The notes below the pieces were generated by a model. That model had not been told where the DNA came from. It saw nothing but the letters and a program-made list of their open reading frames with translations, and ran no database searches. 49,186 bases of DNA from Clostridia bacterium. Its GTDB lineage: Bacteria > Bacillota > Clostridia > Lachnospirales > Lachnospiraceae. Positions 48,246 to 49,186 of this stretch are shown in pieces. Made by a program: the position numbers and the translations under genes. Each line of letters opens with the position of its first letter. The first letter of the stretch is position 1. The stretch spans positions 1 through 49,186 of the forward strand of contig QKDK01000122.1 of assembly GCA_003252135.1 (NCBI GenBank), read 5' to 3'.

Positions 48246-48486
48246 TGTAAAGTCTGCATAATAATAGCCGCAGAGGGTTACCCTGCGGCTTAAGAAATCA
48301 TGAAGGAAGTCCGGTAGAGTAATCTTAAAATCATCTAAGCTTTAAGTATAAAAAACTGACCATCATAATAATGACAGCTTATATACTTAAATTAAATTAT
48401 GATTTTAAAATTACGTTTCCGTGCACGCTTTTGATCGAACTTTAGCGCACCGGATGGCATACCACCTTTCTGTACCAGACTTTACA
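48246..48486. ncRNA. candidate structured RNA or structured leader, unclassified (strand unresolved)
   Basis: Nested helices: 48246-56/48476-86 (11 bp); hairpin 48266-48290 (10 bp plus a bulge, GC-rich); 48321-34/48399-412 (13 of 14 bp); 48341-50/48382-91 (10 bp); hairpin 48421-29/48444-50. Confidence 0.3.
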
Positions 48487-48504
48487 GCATATTTTGTTAT
48501 TTTT

Positions 48505-48533
48505 AACATAACATAATTGTGAATATAAGTCAA
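48505..48533 (-). promoter_or_regulatory. sigma-A-like promoter reading toward the structured element and the methyltransferase gene
   Basis: On the minus strand: TTGACT, 17 nt, TATGTT. Confidence 0.4.
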
Positions 48534-48648
48534 AAGAAATGTTCAATCGGGAAGATAGACAAAAGGAAGAGAGAATTGATATATTTCAGCAGTTAGGTAA
48601 GCATTTGAAGCAATGGCAAAAGTAAGGCTTTAATTATAGCTGCAGGAC

Positions 48649-48676
48649 TTGACTTTCTTTCTATCCATGCTATACT
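48649..48676 (+). promoter_or_regulatory. promoter of the queT transcript
   Basis: TTGACT (48649-48654), 16 nt, TATACT (48671-48676), with a TGc extended -10. Confidence 0.5.
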
Positions 48677-48759
48677 TAGAGCTTGTCATAGCCCTAACCC
48701 AAAAATAAGGTCAAGAGGGCGAAACATAGGAGATTTTATACATCTTCATGCTCTAAAAC

Positions 48760-48802
48760 CGAGTGTTCGAGACCTTCCACTCGTAAAACAAAACTAAAGG
48801 AG
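48760..48802 (+). promoter_or_regulatory. preQ1-I riboswitch
   Basis: P1 is cgagtg/cactcg. The loop is UUCGAGACCUUC (compare UUCUAG... in the B. subtilis queC aptamer). The A-rich tail GUAAAACAAAACUAAAGGAG runs into the SD. It sits directly upstream of queT. Confidence 0.82.
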
Positions 48803-48811
48803 AATTGAATC

Positions 48812-49186
48812 ATGAAAGAAAGAAAAGGAACACTGAGCGTAATTTTTATCGCTCAGGCTGCTATTATTGCGGCACTTTATGTAGTTATGGTCCTGGCGCT
48901 GCCAATGATCAGCAGAGGACCGATACAGGCAAGAATTGCGGAAGCACTTACGGTTCTTGCAGCGTTTACACCGGCTGCGATTCCGGGTCTTACCATTGGA
49001 TGTCTGCTTGCCAATGCACTGACGGGTGCCGTCATTATCGATGTGATCTGCGGTTCAGCAGCGACGTTGATTGCAGCAATTGTGACCTGGCTGCTTCGAA
49101 AAAACAAATTACTGGCGCCGATTCCGCCGATCCTTGCGAATGCGATCATTGTTCCATGGGTCATAAAATACGCTTATGGAGACGGG
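48812..49186 (+). CDS. queT: queuosine-precursor transporter QueT (5' part, runs off the window)
   Basis: My own translation is MKERKGTLSVIFIAQAAIIAALYVVMVLALPMISRGPIQARIAEALTVL...IPGLTIGCLLANAL..., which matches the QueT family pattern. SD aggag lies 9 nt upstream. Absent from the ORF track because no stop codon falls inside the window. Confidence 0.88.
   Translation, partial: MKERKGTLSVIFIAQAAIIAALYVVMVLALPMISRGPIQARIAEALTVLAAFTPAAIPGLTIGCLLANALTGAVIIDVICGSAATLIAAIVTWLLRKNKLLAPIPPILANAIIVPWVIKYAYGDG

Noticed and set aside
48301-48319. GAAGGAAGUCCGGUAGAG resembles the RNase P RNA CR-I/P4 motif GAGGAAAGUCCGGGC, and can pair with CCGGAU at 48450-48455
   Set aside because: The element is only about 240 nt. 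It lacks the ACAGAA...GGCUUA 3' P4 strand and the specificity-domain motifs. A Clostridia genome is expected to have a roughly 350-400-nt type B RNase P elsewhere, so the resemblance is probably coincidental.
48455-48472. Minus-strand AAAGGUGGUAUGCC resembles the T-box core GGGUGGUACCGCG
   Set aside because: It lies at the 5' end of the putative leader rather than in a 3' antiterminator. There is no Stem I, specifier loop or AGAGA features, and the downstream gene is not an aminoacyl-tRNA-related gene.
48539-48625. 28-codon ORF MFNREDRQKEERIDIFQQLGKHLKQWQK in the methyltransferase-queT gap
   Set aside because: It has no convincing SD, it overlaps or abuts two predicted promoters, and it is too short to evaluate. 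It could be a gene remnant, but I cannot support it.
48683-48758. Second (tandem) preQ1 aptamer in the queT leader
   Set aside because: I could not find a P1 stem followed by the conserved loop C and AAAAAACUA tail. Only loose A-rich similarity is present.

Overview
This window looks like a housekeeping chromosomal segment of a Firmicutes/Clostridia genome, probably Lachnospiraceae-like, at roughly 43% GC by eye. I found no rRNA, tRNA, CRISPR array, IS element, prophage or recognisable defence genes. All calls come from reading the sequence and the ORF track by eye; nothing was searched or folded.

Gene content, left to right:
- murC, glgC-glgD, spoVG, a NodB-type polysaccharide deacetylase, pth-mfd and a SurA/PrsA-like lipoprotein.
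- A LURP-one-like protein, YccF, and a CotH-kinase lipoprotein.
- A NatAB-like ABC exporter, clpB and a DEAD-box helicase.
- A 'reverse' rubrerythrin next to a PerR-like Fur regulator.
- A five-gene putative H2/redox-sensing module (DRTGG / GHKL-ATPase / HydS-like [FeFe]-hydrogenase homologue / DRTGG / PHP), then veg.
- The electron-bifurcating [FeFe]-hydrogenase operon: hydC, a GHKL ATPase, a 2Fe-2S ferredoxin, hydB and hydA.
- A GH88/105-like hydrolase.
- A response regulator / ABC / permease / sensor-less histidine kinase detoxification module.
- ispE, ddl-murI, DUF1934, plsC and a flavin-reductase-rubredoxin fusion.
- A methyltransferase-WYL regulator-GNAT cluster.
- A preQ1-I riboswitch in front of a truncated queT.

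Many ORF-track entries carry spurious N-terminal extensions. I re-set starts where an internal ATG has a clear Shine-Dalgarno sequence.

Items most worth a second look:
1. A cluster of three perfect DnaA boxes at the extreme left edge (76-178).
2. The poorly understood sensory-hydrogenase module and the orphan GHKL ATPases around the hyd operon.
3. An H-cluster L1 motif in HydA that reads TSCSPGW instead of the textbook TSCCPxW.
4. A roughly 240-nt intergenic element with long nested complementarity (48246-48486) that I cannot assign to any RNA class.
5. Three unrelated perfect short tandem repeats sitting at gene boundaries.
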